From a virus (Duplodnaviria > Caudoviricetes): a stretch of 64,000 bases of DNA. The notes under the pieces are model-generated. The model did not search any database and was not told the DNA's origin. It saw nothing but the letters and a program-made list of their open reading frames with translations. The DNA lies in IMG/VR virus record IMGVR_UViG_2974732567_000001, positions 36,199 through 100,198 of that record. The stretch is one strand, 5' to 3'. A program made the position numbers and the translations under genes. Within the stretch, counting starts at the first letter, position 1. Each line of letters begins with the position of its first letter. Below are positions 11,901-24,562 of this stretch, in pieces.

Positions 11901-14900
11901 TCTATTTATGTAGGATGACTTAACTGTATTACAGCACGTAGGTGAATTCAAATTTAATGGAGCTACATAGGATGCTACATCTGTAACTGATAATAATATA
12001 TGGTAGAGGTTGTAGTTATTATTTACTACTCTAGCTGGAATGACTGGTGAAGAGATAGATAAGTATAGGTGGAATACTATCAATAAAGGTTATGAGAAAA
12101 CAGGAGGAACTTATCCTGCATAGCAATCATGGTCTGCATTAGCTGATGATCTTACTTTAAGATTGAGTATTAGAAATGCTTATTCATACTTCATGATATG
12201 TGTAGTATTTGGGCTTGTTGACTCTCTAGGTAAAAACATGGTATTAAGATCGTGGAATGTTGGAGGATCTCTCACAGATTCTAATATGAACAAATGGTGG
12301 CCTTGTTTTTACGATATGGATACTGGAAATGGTATTAGTAATACTGGAGAAGAGAACGTGGCTAAAACCGCTTATATAGATGGTTTTAGTAATGCAGATG
12401 CTAGTTCAGGAGTAAACTCTTTAGTAATCAAACAAAATGATCCAAACAATGGTTACGATGAGTATTCTAGTAGATTATGGGATGTATTAAGAGATAGTAG
12501 ATTCATAAGTACTGGAGTATATTCAGGAAGTGATTACAATGGTTTATGGGACTTATGGAGAACTAATAGTTCTTTATTAACCAGTTCTTCTATGTATGTA
12601 GAAAATTACTTCAGTGCTCAAACGAAAAACTGTGGAGAACTTCTATACAACTATGACTATAGAGTAAAGTATCTTACTAAATACCAGAAAGATGAAGACA
12701 GTCCTGCTTCATATGCTAATGTAGAATTCTTGCATGGTACACGTAATGACTTTGTAAGAGATTGGTTAAAGAAGCGTTTGACGTTTATGGATGGAGTATT
12801 CTTGTTTGCTAACAATAATGTTATTTATCCCTACAACGAGAAAGGTTCATTTAAATGTGGTGGAGCTTAGACTAACAATTCTAAACTTACTGTTAAGATA
12901 AATAGTCCTGCTATTCTTACAGTAAATATAGGTAATGCTGCTGGTAGCGAGACTAGATATTATATTGAAGAAAATGTAGATACGGACATATATCTTTCAT
13001 CATTGTCATCTTTCAATACACAGATTACTGTTAATAATATGTCTGAAATAAGTAACATGATGGGACTAGATGAAATTAGGTTTCAAGGTTTTATGACATC
13101 TATGTCATTGCCTAGTATGTCCGAAATAGATATACAAAATACTAGTACATTATCATCGAATCCTATAGACTTTGCTACTATATTCGTTAAGAAATAGGAT
13201 GGTAAGAGTGTTTCAGATATTAGACATATTAACTTGTCTAACACTAGTTTTTGGTCAGGAAACAGTGGTGTTAACTCATTTCCAGTAGACGTATAGAACT
13301 ATAACAAATTAAAGACAATAGATATATCAAATGGATGTGTAACTTCACTAGCACTGCCTAATGCCGCACTATCTACTCTTACTCTAACAAATTCTGCGAT
13401 AGAAAGAGTAACTCTAGCTGACCAACCTTTTATTAGTAAAATTGATTTTACAGGATGTAATAAACTACAATCTGTAGAAGTAAGTAATTGTAACTAGATA
13501 ACGGAATTAGACTTACGTAATTTGAGTGACTTAACTAGTATCAATATTATTGGTTGTGCTAAGCTTGAAAGAATTTATGCACCTAACTGTAATAAGTTAG
13601 CCACATTTAATGTGTCAAATGCTAATGCACTTAAGTCTGTAACACTATCTAATTGCAATAATGCTAACTTAAGTATTAGTTTAGTAGGAGCTTCTAATCT
13701 TGAAGAACTGAATCTAGATAATACAAATACTACTGATGTAATTGAATTTGCACCAGGATTCAATAAATTGAAGGTATTAAATATTGCTTCAAGTAATATT
13801 AATGCATTTCAATTTGGAAATGATCCTGTAGCTACTACATCTACAGGTGAAAGAATACTAGATCTTAGTCCATTTACTTTTACTAATCTGTATATGTACT
13901 ATAATAGTTCTAAGTATGTAAAATTCAAGAATAGTAAAACCAACCCTTTAGAAGTTAATAGTTCTACCTTTAATAATTGTTCTAGTTTAACCAGAGTATT
14001 TGGACACATAAAACTAATATCAGGAAGTGTATTCAGTACTTGTCCTAACTTCTTTATACACGACGTACTAGAAGACGTGACTATTAAACCAACTAGAGGA
14101 CAATGGTATGGTCCAGATACAGATACTGCAGAAGGTTAGGAATAGTGGGATAACAATCAAGGATTAGAGACTAATATATCTATAGGTACTACTAATTTAA
14201 GTAACTGCTTTGTAGGAACTAAAGTAAACTTATACGATGTATATTATATATTGAACATGTGTGACAATGTTGAAAATATTGTTTCTATATTTCATTCTTG
14301 TTCAAATGTAATTACAGATTTTAGTAATCCTTTAAGTAGAGATACATTTAAATATTGCGGTAACATTACTAATGCTACTAATGCCTTCTACGCTACTAGA
14401 CTAACAGGTCCCATGTATAGTCCTACTCATACTGGAGATACAATTACTGAATACAATGGTTTATTAAGCCCTTTGAAGAAGTTAGTATATTGTAATAGTA
14501 TGTTTAAAACTACTGCTGGCAATTTCTACATAGATGATTTGTTCTTCGCAGAGATAGGCAACAATCAGTATTTACAATTGGCGCATCTGTATAGTATGTT
14601 CAATTACGGTGATAGCAATGTAATATTTGTGGATAACTGTGATGAAACTTTAACTTCAACAGAAGTAGCAGAGGGACGAAGAGCGTATGCTAGAGCATCT
14701 AAATTATTAAGAAATCTTCCCAATATAGATACTATAGCTAATATGTTTAATGGTTGTTGGTTTAATTTCGATACAGAAAGTACTGACGATAGTGTAACAT
14801 ATAGTCCGTTATTTGCTTATAATAATAAACTAAAAGTAGTTAGTTGGAGTTTCAGAAATATCAAAGCTAAAGGTTCATTGATTAATCTATTTGGTGGTAA

Positions 14901-16854
14901 TTCAGTATTTGATAGCAGCAATTTATTCTCTAGGCAAATAACTAAATTATTAGGATGTTTCTATATAACTTCTAATGATGGAGATAAGGTGTATTTCCCT
15001 ATACACAATAGTATGTTTAGGTAGATTAAACTTACTTTACAATACATAGGTAATGCAGAAGATATTAATCAAATTCCAGATTAGGCTGCTACATGTTTTC
15101 ATGGCGCTGGTATAAATAGAGTATTTGTTAGAGAGTCTGATGAAATATATCCTTATGATGTATTTAAAGGCGTTGTTAATCTAATTGCATGCCCGTGTTT
15201 CTTTGCTAACATAACTATTCCTAATTCCAGTGGTGTAGTATATGAACTACCAGGAAACATCTTCTAGGACTGTTCAAATCTAGTACAGATAACAGGTTGC
15301 TTTAGAAATCAATCAGTAAAGTATAAGTTGACAGGTAAAGGATTTACTAATTGTAAACTTACAAATGTTGCATATGCATTCTATGAAGATTCAAACAGTT
15401 ATACAAAAGAAGGAGGAGTTCCATATGGTTTGTTTTATATGGAAAGAGATGTAGTAAGATCTTCTACTGGTTGGAGTTATGCAGATGCACTTAGACTAGG
15501 AATAACTGAAAACTTTGGTATAACTGAAGAAGGAGAACATGATCCTGATGCAGTACTTCCACAAACTATTGATTACAGTGAATCAATAAAAGCTGTTAGA
15601 AGTAGTATAACTGATATGCGGTATGCATTGGCAAATTTCTCTAGCCCTAATGCGGAAGGATACATCAGAAAGCAAGTAGAATTAAATACTGTTGAAGATG
15701 CAGGAGATTTGATAATAACTAATGAAAATTACAATGTCTCAGAATTCATAGTAAATACTGCGTATGATCCGAGAGATCAAATACCTAATCCTGTGTATGA
15801 TCCTAATAATCCTGGTTCTACTCCAGAATATATTGATAATCCCAATAAGAATATACATAGAGTAATAAAGAATCCAAACTATAGTCCTTACAAGAAAATA
15901 TGGAATATTGATTACTATGATGGAGTATATGGTCTAGGGGATTTGATATAGAACAGCACTTTGTATCAGAACATACAATCTGGTGTTATAACAGATATTG
16001 ATCCTAATATACCATCAGAATTCTTCAATGAAGATGATATGCGATATCCTCTTAGTCCTGCTGGATAGCATAGATTAGATAGTATGAATTACATAGTTCC
16101 ATCAGATCTATTTAAGTATTGCGTCAATAATACTAATATTAATATATCAGATGTTCTCACAGGCAGTGGTAGAAAAATTGATAATGGAGTACAAAGATAT
16201 AATTATGGTATATATGGTAGAATACCAAATAGAATATTCAAAACTCTCACTAACATATCCAGTTTAACTAATGTGTTTGCGTATTGTTATTGCATTAATC
16301 CATATACTTGGAATGACGATAGTAATAATGGACAGATGTTCCCTTCTGATATGTTATCTAACAATACTGCATTAAAAAGCGTTTCAGGACTATTCCGTGG
16401 AATATATATACCTGCAAAAGTAGTTATACCTTCTACTTTACTTAGTAAGAACTTAGCTCTTACAGATATATCTTATTTATTCTATGATGCTACATTCCAA
16501 GGCTCTGCTGATGATGTTCAACAGTTAAGTGATACTACATTCTAGTATAATTATATATTACAGAATATATCATATGCATTAGCTAGTACCAGTTCTACTG
16601 GAGGATGGATGGGACAAGGACCTAAGAAGATAGGATCAAATCTGTTTACTCAATCTAAACATAAGAATCTTACGAATGTAACAGGTTTATTCTATGGAGA
16701 TACTTCCACAACAGGTTCTGTGCCAGAATTCTGGACATGGCTAAATAATCTTACTAATACGAATAAACAAAATGTATTTGCTTACATGAGTAAGAGTCTT
16801 ATCACTAATAGTAGTAGTATACCAGAACAATGGGCAACTAATATGAGGGATTAA
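8911..16854 (+). CDS. Giant virion-module protein: Ig/LamG-like + CotH-like kinase + LRR/BspA-type repeats, 2647 aa (code 15)
   Basis: Eleven same-frame fragments separated by TAGs; QGTSS..YRSKN, TLKAD, GIYSFN, GLVDSLGKNM, WPCFYDMD; LxxLxLxNxx and MF/FxxC repeats downstream. Confidence 0.8.
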
Positions 16855-16855
16855 T

Positions 16856-17041
16856 ATGGATGTGAAGTTATTAACTGATAGAGAGTTATTAGAAGGCATA
16901 TATACTATGTTGTAGTATGTATTAGTCAAGGTAAACGAAATAGATAATGACGATAAACAATTTGGCATGAACTTAGCTGCTGACTTACTCGGCAGCATAG
17001 TTTATGACGCTCAACCTAGAACTACAAGATATGCAAATTAA
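16856..17041 (+). CDS. Small hypothetical protein, 61 aa (code 15)
   Basis: ATG one base after the upstream stop, one TAG, TAA 17039-17041. Confidence 0.6.
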
Positions 17042-17267
17042 ATGGTTAAAAGAAAGTAATAGAATGAAGCACCTGAAGTACGCAATTGTACCAGGTGCTC
17101 TGTTCACCATACTATTCGTAGCTGGTCTAGCATCAGGTATGGAGTTTAAAGATAAGATGTATGGTGGTAAATGGGATTGGTTAGACTGGATAGCTACTAT
17201 AATTGGTGGTATGATAGGTCAAGCAATTCAAGTAGGTATAATATTATTATTGAAGTTATGCATATAA
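17031..17267 (+). CDS. Small membrane protein, 78 aa
   Basis: Two hydrophobic segments flanking EFKD...WDWLDWIAT. Confidence 0.7.
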   Translation: MQIKWLKESNRMKHLKYAIVPGALFTILFVAGLASGMEFKDKMYGGKWDWLDWIATIIGGMIGQAIQVGIILLLKLCI

Positions 17268-17719
17268 TATCAGAAAGAATAGCTAAAAAGAGTACATATA
17301 CTATAAGTAATATGTATATAGATGGTGTTAAGTTCTGCAATGTTCTTGAAGATACAGACAGAGGACTTACACAAGATATGCCATTAGAGGATATATAGAA
17401 AGCTAAAGTATATGGTAAGACTGCTATACCTACTGGTACATATAAAGTTACTTTAGATGTTGTGTCTCCTAAATTTAGTAAGTACAAACAGTATAAATTC
17501 TGTAATGGAAAGCTACCTAGATTGTTAGATGTACCTAGTTTCAATGGCATTCTAATTCACATAGGTAATACAGAGGGGGATACAGATGGGTGCCTGTTGG
17601 TAGGAAAAAATAATGTAGTTGGTAAAGTAACAGAGAGTACTGCAATATTTAAAGCATTATATGCTAAGATGCAAGAAGCAGTAGAAAATGGAGAAGAAAT
17701 TACTATTACTATTAAGTAA
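17258..17719 (+). CDS. DUF5675-family L,D-transpeptidase-like peptidase (candidate endolysin), 153 aa (code 15)
   Basis: CNVLEDTDRGL, TAIPTGTY, GILIHIGN...DTDGCLLVG His/Cys motif; one TAG at 17396-17398. Confidence 0.85.
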
Positions 17720-17739
17720 TACAGAGGGGGATACAGATG
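17565..17739 (+). repeat. 24-bp exact direct repeat GTAATACAGAGGGGGATACAGATG (17565-17588, 17716-17739)
   Basis: Exact match read from the sequence. Confidence 0.9.
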
Positions 17740-20382
17740 AAAACAATTTTATATAATCCAATATTCATTAATCCTTAGGCATACTATGTGTTTCCAAGGT
17801 TAACTAGGTATCTACAGCCAGATAATGAGTCTACTGTAGAACCGGCTAACTATATAGGTACTATTGAAGTAAAAGTAATAGCATATGGAGATACTACTTT
17901 AAAAAGAACTTATTCTAGTACAGATTATATAGACCTAAGCGAATTCAAGAACACTTGGATACGCATTAGTCTATTTACTAAAGTAGGTTCATGTGTCTTA
18001 GGAGAATGGAAGATTGGTGACATGCAGACAGACTTACCTTATATAGAACCAGAAGTATTAGCTTCTCTTAAGGCTGTAGTTGTAGTAGGTAACAAAAGTA
18101 ATAGTGATAGTGATAGAGCTATTGTTAGGAACTTAGTAGATAAAGATAATCCGTTTATAATTAGTAATACTTCTTATAATCTTAATAGTGGTTATGGTAA
18201 ATATAATATTACTTTTCAATACTTTCCATATAGAGAAAACATAATAAGTATAAGTGATAACAAAGTAGTATTTGATAAAGGAGGATAGCTATTATTACCA
18301 TATCCATCAATGGATGAAGACATACCGTCATTTAAAATAAAGGTTAGCGGTTTAAGTGAAACTTATCATTTTAGGTATTATTACAGAACAGATGATGGAG
18401 TTCAACAATCTATAAACATGGCTAAGGATGGATATTATGAGTTACCTATAGGATATAATGTACAAAGTAGTTCTGATGGCACTAATTGCGGTTTTGCAAA
18501 TAACGGTTCTGATATAGTAACTATAGAATAGGTACCTGAATTCCAAGGAGCATTTGTTACAGATGGCGTTAATGACTTGATTACTTCTACTAAGACTGTA
18601 GAAGAGATGTTAGGAGGAAGCAATGAGCTAACCATTGTGTCCATGATTCATCAGGTTAAAGATTCAGCTAATAATGTATCTTTTACCAATTATATAAGAG
18701 GTAGTGCCAATGGCTATTTCCGTAATATCGTGAATAACTACGACAAGACTGGAATATATGGATATACTTCTTCTGACTTAATGGGTCTTTCAGTTGTAAA
18801 TAATATATTAGGCGATAAGAATGATTATACAGCTAATGGTGACAATAGAGACTCCATAATCAATGGTAATTTTAGCGTTCAAGGATATTCGTATAATGAC
18901 GGTAATAATACTGGTGATTTTAGTTCTGTAGCTTGGTACTGGACAATCATCGCCAACAAGGTACTGACTACCGACCAAATCAAGCAAGTAATCGCTTACT
19001 TCAACTTGGATAGAACTCTTAAACCTGATATACTGTGTAATACTATCAAGCAGGGAATCACTAACGAGAACCACGCAGAGTTTGGCGACAAGCTGATTGA
19101 CTTTTCAGGTAATGGTAGAGATATCCAATTAAATAATCTAGCTTGGAAAGGCGGTAGTGGTATCGCGGCTAAACAATATGAAACATTTAAAGATTGGACT
19201 AATACTCCTTATCAAACTTCGACAGTAACAGAAATAGATGAGTTTACTAGAGTAGTAGATTCTACTTCTAATGCTTATTGGGTAAGTATGATTAATAGAA
19301 CTTCTGATTTTGATAAAGTTCATGATTCTATTAATATAGTTCTATACCAAGATGATATGCTATTAGTTCATGAATGTAAATATAAGATAGACGAGAATGT
19401 TACAACTAAGGCATTATACGAAACTTTAAAATCGGGTGTAAATACAATAACATTAGCAACTATTGATAAGTTTACAGATATACCGGAAGATGCAGAAATA
19501 ATGAGTCTTGGCGAATGGGTTAATCCTAAAAGTAACAAAGGTTCTGTTAAGATAACTCTATTACCTAGTTACAAAGGAGGATTGTTGCTTGACGGAGTAA
19601 ATGACTTCGGTAAGGTGACAGGGATGCCTGTTTACAAGGATTATACTTTCATTATAGATAGACAAATAACATCTATTGGTGATACAGCCGGAGTAGTCGC
19701 TTCTAAATCCGAGGATTCAGCAGACGCAACTAAGCATGGAGCCTTCATATTTGAATATTTAGCTGCTCCTGATAAGATAAGTACTTGGAGTTTCTATAAA
19801 GATAATGGTAAAGTTGCTAATACTGATTTTACTAGAGGTATAAGTTATCAATCAACATATAGTTATAATGGAAAAGATTTAACTATCGGAACGTCTAAAG
19901 ATAGTGATAAATTATGGCTAGGGACAATTCGAGATAGAGATTCTCGTTTCTTCAACGGGGCTATCTACTCTCTCATGTCTTTCCCCTACTCCATGTCCGA
20001 GTTTCTAATCGAAAGACAACTAAAGAAGCATAAGTTAGGAACACTATACCCTAATATGGTTGAATTTAGACCTGTTATTAAAAGTAGTGTTGAATTAGCA
20101 AGTAAGCCAACATTTGTAATAAGAGGTACTCCTACATTGTTAAATGCAGGAGATTATATACCTGAAAACAGTGAAATATGGGTGGTGATAACCATGAATA
20201 ACGCTGCTGATAGGATGACTAAATTTGTTATCAACGGTAATACTATTGATATTCCTAGTTCTGCGTATAATCCTTCTACTATGAAATATAGTTTTCCTTC
20301 TACAATAGATAGTAAGTCTCCACAGAAGATTACTATGACTATCGAACAGGATGAAAACTACGTCCATTAGATTTTTATTTAA
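17737..20382 (+). CDS. Multi-LamG (ConA-like) receptor-binding protein, part 1 (modules 1-2)
   Basis: Fragments 17788, 18310 and 18577 joined at TAGs; two DGVND modules; frame lost at ~20362. Confidence 0.7.
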
Positions 20383-21197
20383 ATAATTATCAAAAGAGAA
20401 TTAATATAGGCGATTATATACCCAAAGATGTTTATCTTAGAGCTATTTTTTATCTAAAAAATAATGTTGACGAACTTACGGTATTTACATTTAACGGAGT
20501 AAATATTGATTATAAAAGAAGTGTGGTTGATGATACGGCTTTTAATATTGGCGCAATATATAATTATGATTCTCCACAAGAAGTAAACATCACCATTGAC
20601 GAGTACATCAGATACGAGGATATAGACTTTACGAATTGCTATCCAGGAGTACCTCGTATTTATGTTAATGATAAATCTGTAACATGGGGTGATAAATTAA
20701 AAGTAGGAGATGAATTTACATTCTATGGGAATGTCAACATTTTACCTGAAATGTATAATGTTTTAGTAAAAGCATTATATAACGGAGAAGAGATGGTTTA
20801 TGGCTCAATTGGAACTATATCTAAATCTATGGCATTTACTAGTTTCAAAACTTATACTTTTGACGATAATGAACCGAAATGTATTCTATCTCCTAGACTA
20901 TTGAATATACCTAACAGCTCATATAAAATACTTGGATACATTCCTGATATATCCGGTCACGGTAATAATGGAGTTATCCATAACTCGGCTTATGCAGGAA
21001 TGAGTGGAGCCAATGGTTATCCTTATGATTATAAATCATCGCGTTTCACAGTTCACGCTAGCGATGTTGTTCTCGTAAATAGTGAAACTGTTAAGTATGT
21101 AAATGCTTTAACTCAAACATCTTTCTATTATAGAAATACAAGTTATAAAGGAAAAATTAAAGTAACAGGAATAACTAAAGCTATTTCTAGTGGTTAG
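20361..21197 (+). pseudogene. Multi-LamG protein, part 2 (out-of-frame continuation, module 3 N-half)
   Basis: NIGDYIP...SPQEVNITID repeats NAGDYIP...SPQKITMTIE of part 1; DISGHGNNG matches DFSGNGRD; no ATG at the start of the open frame. Confidence 0.6.
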
Positions 21198-22264
21198 GAA
21201 CTAATTATGCAAATACTGTGTATGCTAAGATGTCTCTCTACGACTTTATGCTCTTCGATGAAATCTCAACGGACGATAAGATACAGGAATTGAATGAGTA
21301 TGTGGGCGTTGAAGCAAAAGTAGAGAAACCTGATTATTATTGGGACGCTTATGGTAAGACTAACTTTGATGAAGATAAAGCAACTATTCAACAAAGAGGT
21401 GTAGCTGTAGGTGATTATGATTTGATTAATTATAATCATGCTTACGATAAGATGTCAGGTTATGATGGTTATGAGTTTGCTAAGTTTGATAATGAACTAG
21501 ATTGGTATTTAACTCCTGATAATGGTTATATTGATGTTGTATCTCGAAATGGATATAGTATTACACTTAAGAATCTAAGTACTTCGGATTATGGCTGGTA
21601 TTTCCAAAACAGTACTGTTAAAGAATTTATAACAAAGGATATCCCATTTAAAGTTAAAGCTAATAAATCTATTAGAGTTTACTGGGATATGCATTCCTAT
21701 AAATCTAACGGGGAAAACTTTGGATATGTAGTTAATAATATTACCTTAAATCCTAATGAAGATACTTCTATTAATTTAAGGCATTTAACCGAAGAGGAAT
21801 TAACTGAATTAGACGCAAATAAAGATAGAATGTACTATCTGTTATGGTTTGATTTATCTACTCTTGCAGTAGACGAAGAAGTTACCATTGAAATGCTTCC
21901 TCTGTATCCTAATGGTTTGGTATACGATGGAGTAGAAGATTTTAGTGTTAATAAGAATATTCCTATAATTGATGACTTTACAGTAATCGCAAAGAGAACT
22001 TGGTTAGAGGAAAATATTTCTGACAAACCTTTTATCATTAAAGGTGACACTTTGTATCCTGACGGGAACCAGAATGCTTTCTTATTTGAATATGGCAAAC
22101 TATCTACTTATTCTTTCGGACAAAATAACAAGTATGATGAGAGTGTAGTTCCTTCTCTAATTTCTTGGGCTACTCCTACATCACTAGAGATTAACTTCCT
22201 AAAGAATCTAATGGAGAAAGACGAAATAATTGATTTAACTAACCCAATATTTATACAAGAATGA
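21191..22264 (+). pseudogene. Multi-LamG protein, part 3 (module 3 C-end and module 4)
   Basis: Frame opens with WLGT (cf. KLWLGT in module 2); VTIEMLPLYPNGLVYDGVED; ATGA coupling to the next gene. Confidence 0.6.
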
Positions 22265-22536
22265 AATATATTGTTGTACCAGCCGAAGTGCTGATTGATA
22301 TAACACAAGATACACTAGACGAAATGCATTTAGTATTTCGTTATAGTGTAGATGGAACTGAAGTAATCATGAAAGTTGCTAACTATGAATTACTATTCCC
22401 ATCAGCAATGACATTACCTTTAACAGAAGAAGACGAAACTCCGGAAGTAGTATATCCGTATCCTACTTATGAAGGAGAAGAATTACAGAAATTGTTAAGC
22501 AGTGATAAATGGACTAATAAAGAAGAACAACTATGA
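22261..22536 (+). CDS. Small acidic protein (fibre chaperone-like), 91 aa
   Basis: Intact ORF coupled on both sides; RYSVDGTEVI and L.S..WT ending. Confidence 0.7.
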   Translation: MKYIVVPAEVLIDITQDTLDEMHLVFRYSVDGTEVIMKVANYELLFPSAMTLPLTEEDETPEVVYPYPTYEGEELQKLLSSDKWTNKEEQL

Positions 22537-23063
22537 GAGAAACTATAAATTTCGTACCTAGTAAGTCAACTCCCAATCACAAAGAAGTACAGTATTGGAT
22601 AGACTTACAAACTGATCCATATGGTAGATGTATTAAAGCATGGACTGGATCTGAATGGAGTACTATTACTGATAATGATCTAATTGAATCTATTAACAAA
22701 GAACTAGCTAATAAAGCGAATAAAGCTACTACTTTGTCTGGTTACGGTATTCAAGATGCATATACTAAGGAACAAGTAGATGCTAAAGTAGCATCTGTAT
22801 ATAGAGTGAAAGGTTCTGTAGCTAATTTTGAAGCACTACCTGCTACAGCTGTAGTTGGAGATGTATATAATCTAACAGATACTGGTGCTAACTATGTATG
22901 TATTGTAGCTAGTCCTGCTGAATGGGATAAGTTATCTGAAACAGTAGACTTGAGTCACTGTGTAACATCTGATGAAGTATCTACTGTAGTATCTATGACT
23001 TAGACAGAATATGATGCTTTGTCCGTTAAAGATTCTAAAACACTATATTTAATTCACGAATAA
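22533..23063 (+). CDS. Tail fibre adaptor, 176 aa (code 15)
   Basis: ATTLSGYGIQDAYTK, YRVKGSVANF and a C-terminal T(Q)TEYDAL..KD..TLYLI fibre motif after a TAG. Confidence 0.8.
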
Positions 23064-23064
23064 T

Positions 23065-24306
23065 ATGAAATTAGGAGATAAAAATATTGTAGCTGCATAT
23101 CTTGGCGATGTTAATGTATTTACTAACTATTATGGGGTTAGCTTTCCTATAGAACCGTAGAATACATTAATGACTAGAACAGGATACATGCCTTGGCATA
23201 AAGAACTTCCTATACATTCTAAGATGAAGTCTTGCACGATTACTTCTGATGGAACAGTTAAATATCTTAATGCTACAGATAGAACCAAGTATGAAGATGG
23301 TACTGATAGAGACATGACATTAAATACTATGGTAGAAATACCAGAGTTTTGGTATAAATGTATGAGAGATGATACTACTGTATATTTGAACTTATATCCA
23401 GCAGATCCTCATATTCCAGAAGCTGAACATGTAGAGAAGTTCTATATTTCTGCATATGAAGCGTCTAATGTAGACAATGTGTTAAAATCTATTAATAATG
23501 GATCTATCACTCCGGTAGTAAGCATTAATAGAACTACTATGCAATCTAGAGCTAGGGCTAATAACTCTAGTACTACTAATTGGAACATGTATACTTATAG
23601 AGCTCATAGAATACTTACTGTGCTTTACTTAGTTGAATATGCATGTACTAATAGTCAGAAAGCTTTCAATGCTGAATTAACTGCAGAAGGATACCATCAA
23701 GGAGGTTTAGGAGATGGAGTTACTGCAGGTAATATTAAAGTAAATGGAGTTGATACATGGAGTTTTATACCTTGTGGAAGTACAGACGAACATGGAAACT
23801 CTACTGGTATAACTTCCGTTACTGTTAATAGTACTGACGCAGAAGGTGTTGCAACTCAGAAGTCTTATAATGTTCCTACTTATAGAGGTATTGAGAATCC
23901 ATTTGGTCATGTATGGAAAAATTGTATAGACATACTTGTACATTTTAATGCACAAACTAATAAAAATGACGTTTATATAAATACCGACTTAAGTACATTT
24001 GGATCTACTGATGTATTTGATTATGACTATCAATGTAGTACTACTATTACTGAAGGTTATAAGAAGAAATTGGTATACAATGCAGCATTTGACATATTTC
24101 CTCCAATAGATGAAGCATTTGGTGGTAACACTACAACTTATTGGTGTGACTACAATTGGACTAACAATAGTACAACTGATAGGCTAACAGTAATAGGCGG
24201 TTTTGCGGGTTATGGTGCTAATTCGGGCTTGCTCTGTGTTGGTTCTCACCTTGGGCCCGGCCATGCTGATGCTCATGTCGGTACTCGGTTAATCTATATA
24301 CCGTAA
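23065..24306 (+). CDS. DGR target receptor-binding protein with C-terminal C-type-lectin-like VR, 413 aa (code 15)
   Basis: MVEIPEFWYK, YISAYEA, YRGIENPFGHVW, GG......SGL......VGTRL; 3' end matches the TR. Confidence 0.9.
24194..24284 (+). repeat. DGR variable repeat (VR)
   Basis: 91-bp ungapped alignment to TR: 22 mismatches opposite TR adenines and 1 T>C. Confidence 0.95.
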
Positions 24307-24342
24307 TTTAATTAAAAATATAGATAGGTTGTTCCTCATCAT

Positions 24343-24433
24343 TAAGCAGTAATGCGAGTAATAGTGCTAATTCAGGCTTACTCAATGTTAATTCTAACAA
24401 TGAGCTCAGCAATGCTAATGCTAATGTCAGTAC
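24343..24433 (+). repeat. DGR template repeat (TR)
   Basis: AAT/AAC/AGT-rich non-coding copy of the VR between target and RT. Confidence 0.95.
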
Positions 24434-24487
24434 ACTGAATCCGTAATTAAAAAAAGTAAAGAAATTAAGAGACTGTAGAGGGAGACC

Positions 24488-24501
24488 TTGCCCCTTGGCA
24501 A
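24488..24501 (+). ncRNA. DGR spacer hairpin TTGCC-CCTT-GGCAA
   Basis: Inverted repeat downstream of TR, in the position of the DGR RNA spacer. Confidence 0.5.
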
Positions 24502-24562
24502 AAAATAACATACTAATTAACTGTGCTAGTAACATATGTGAAAACTCGGTAAGGGATTACAG

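Noticed and set aside
17737-22264. Invertible shufflon
   Set aside because: All pieces are on the + strand; no inverted repeats or recombinase gene seen in the window
24308-24535. 75-aa Leu-rich minus-strand ORF as a possible Avd
   Set aside because: It is the antisense reading of the AAT/AGT-rich TR
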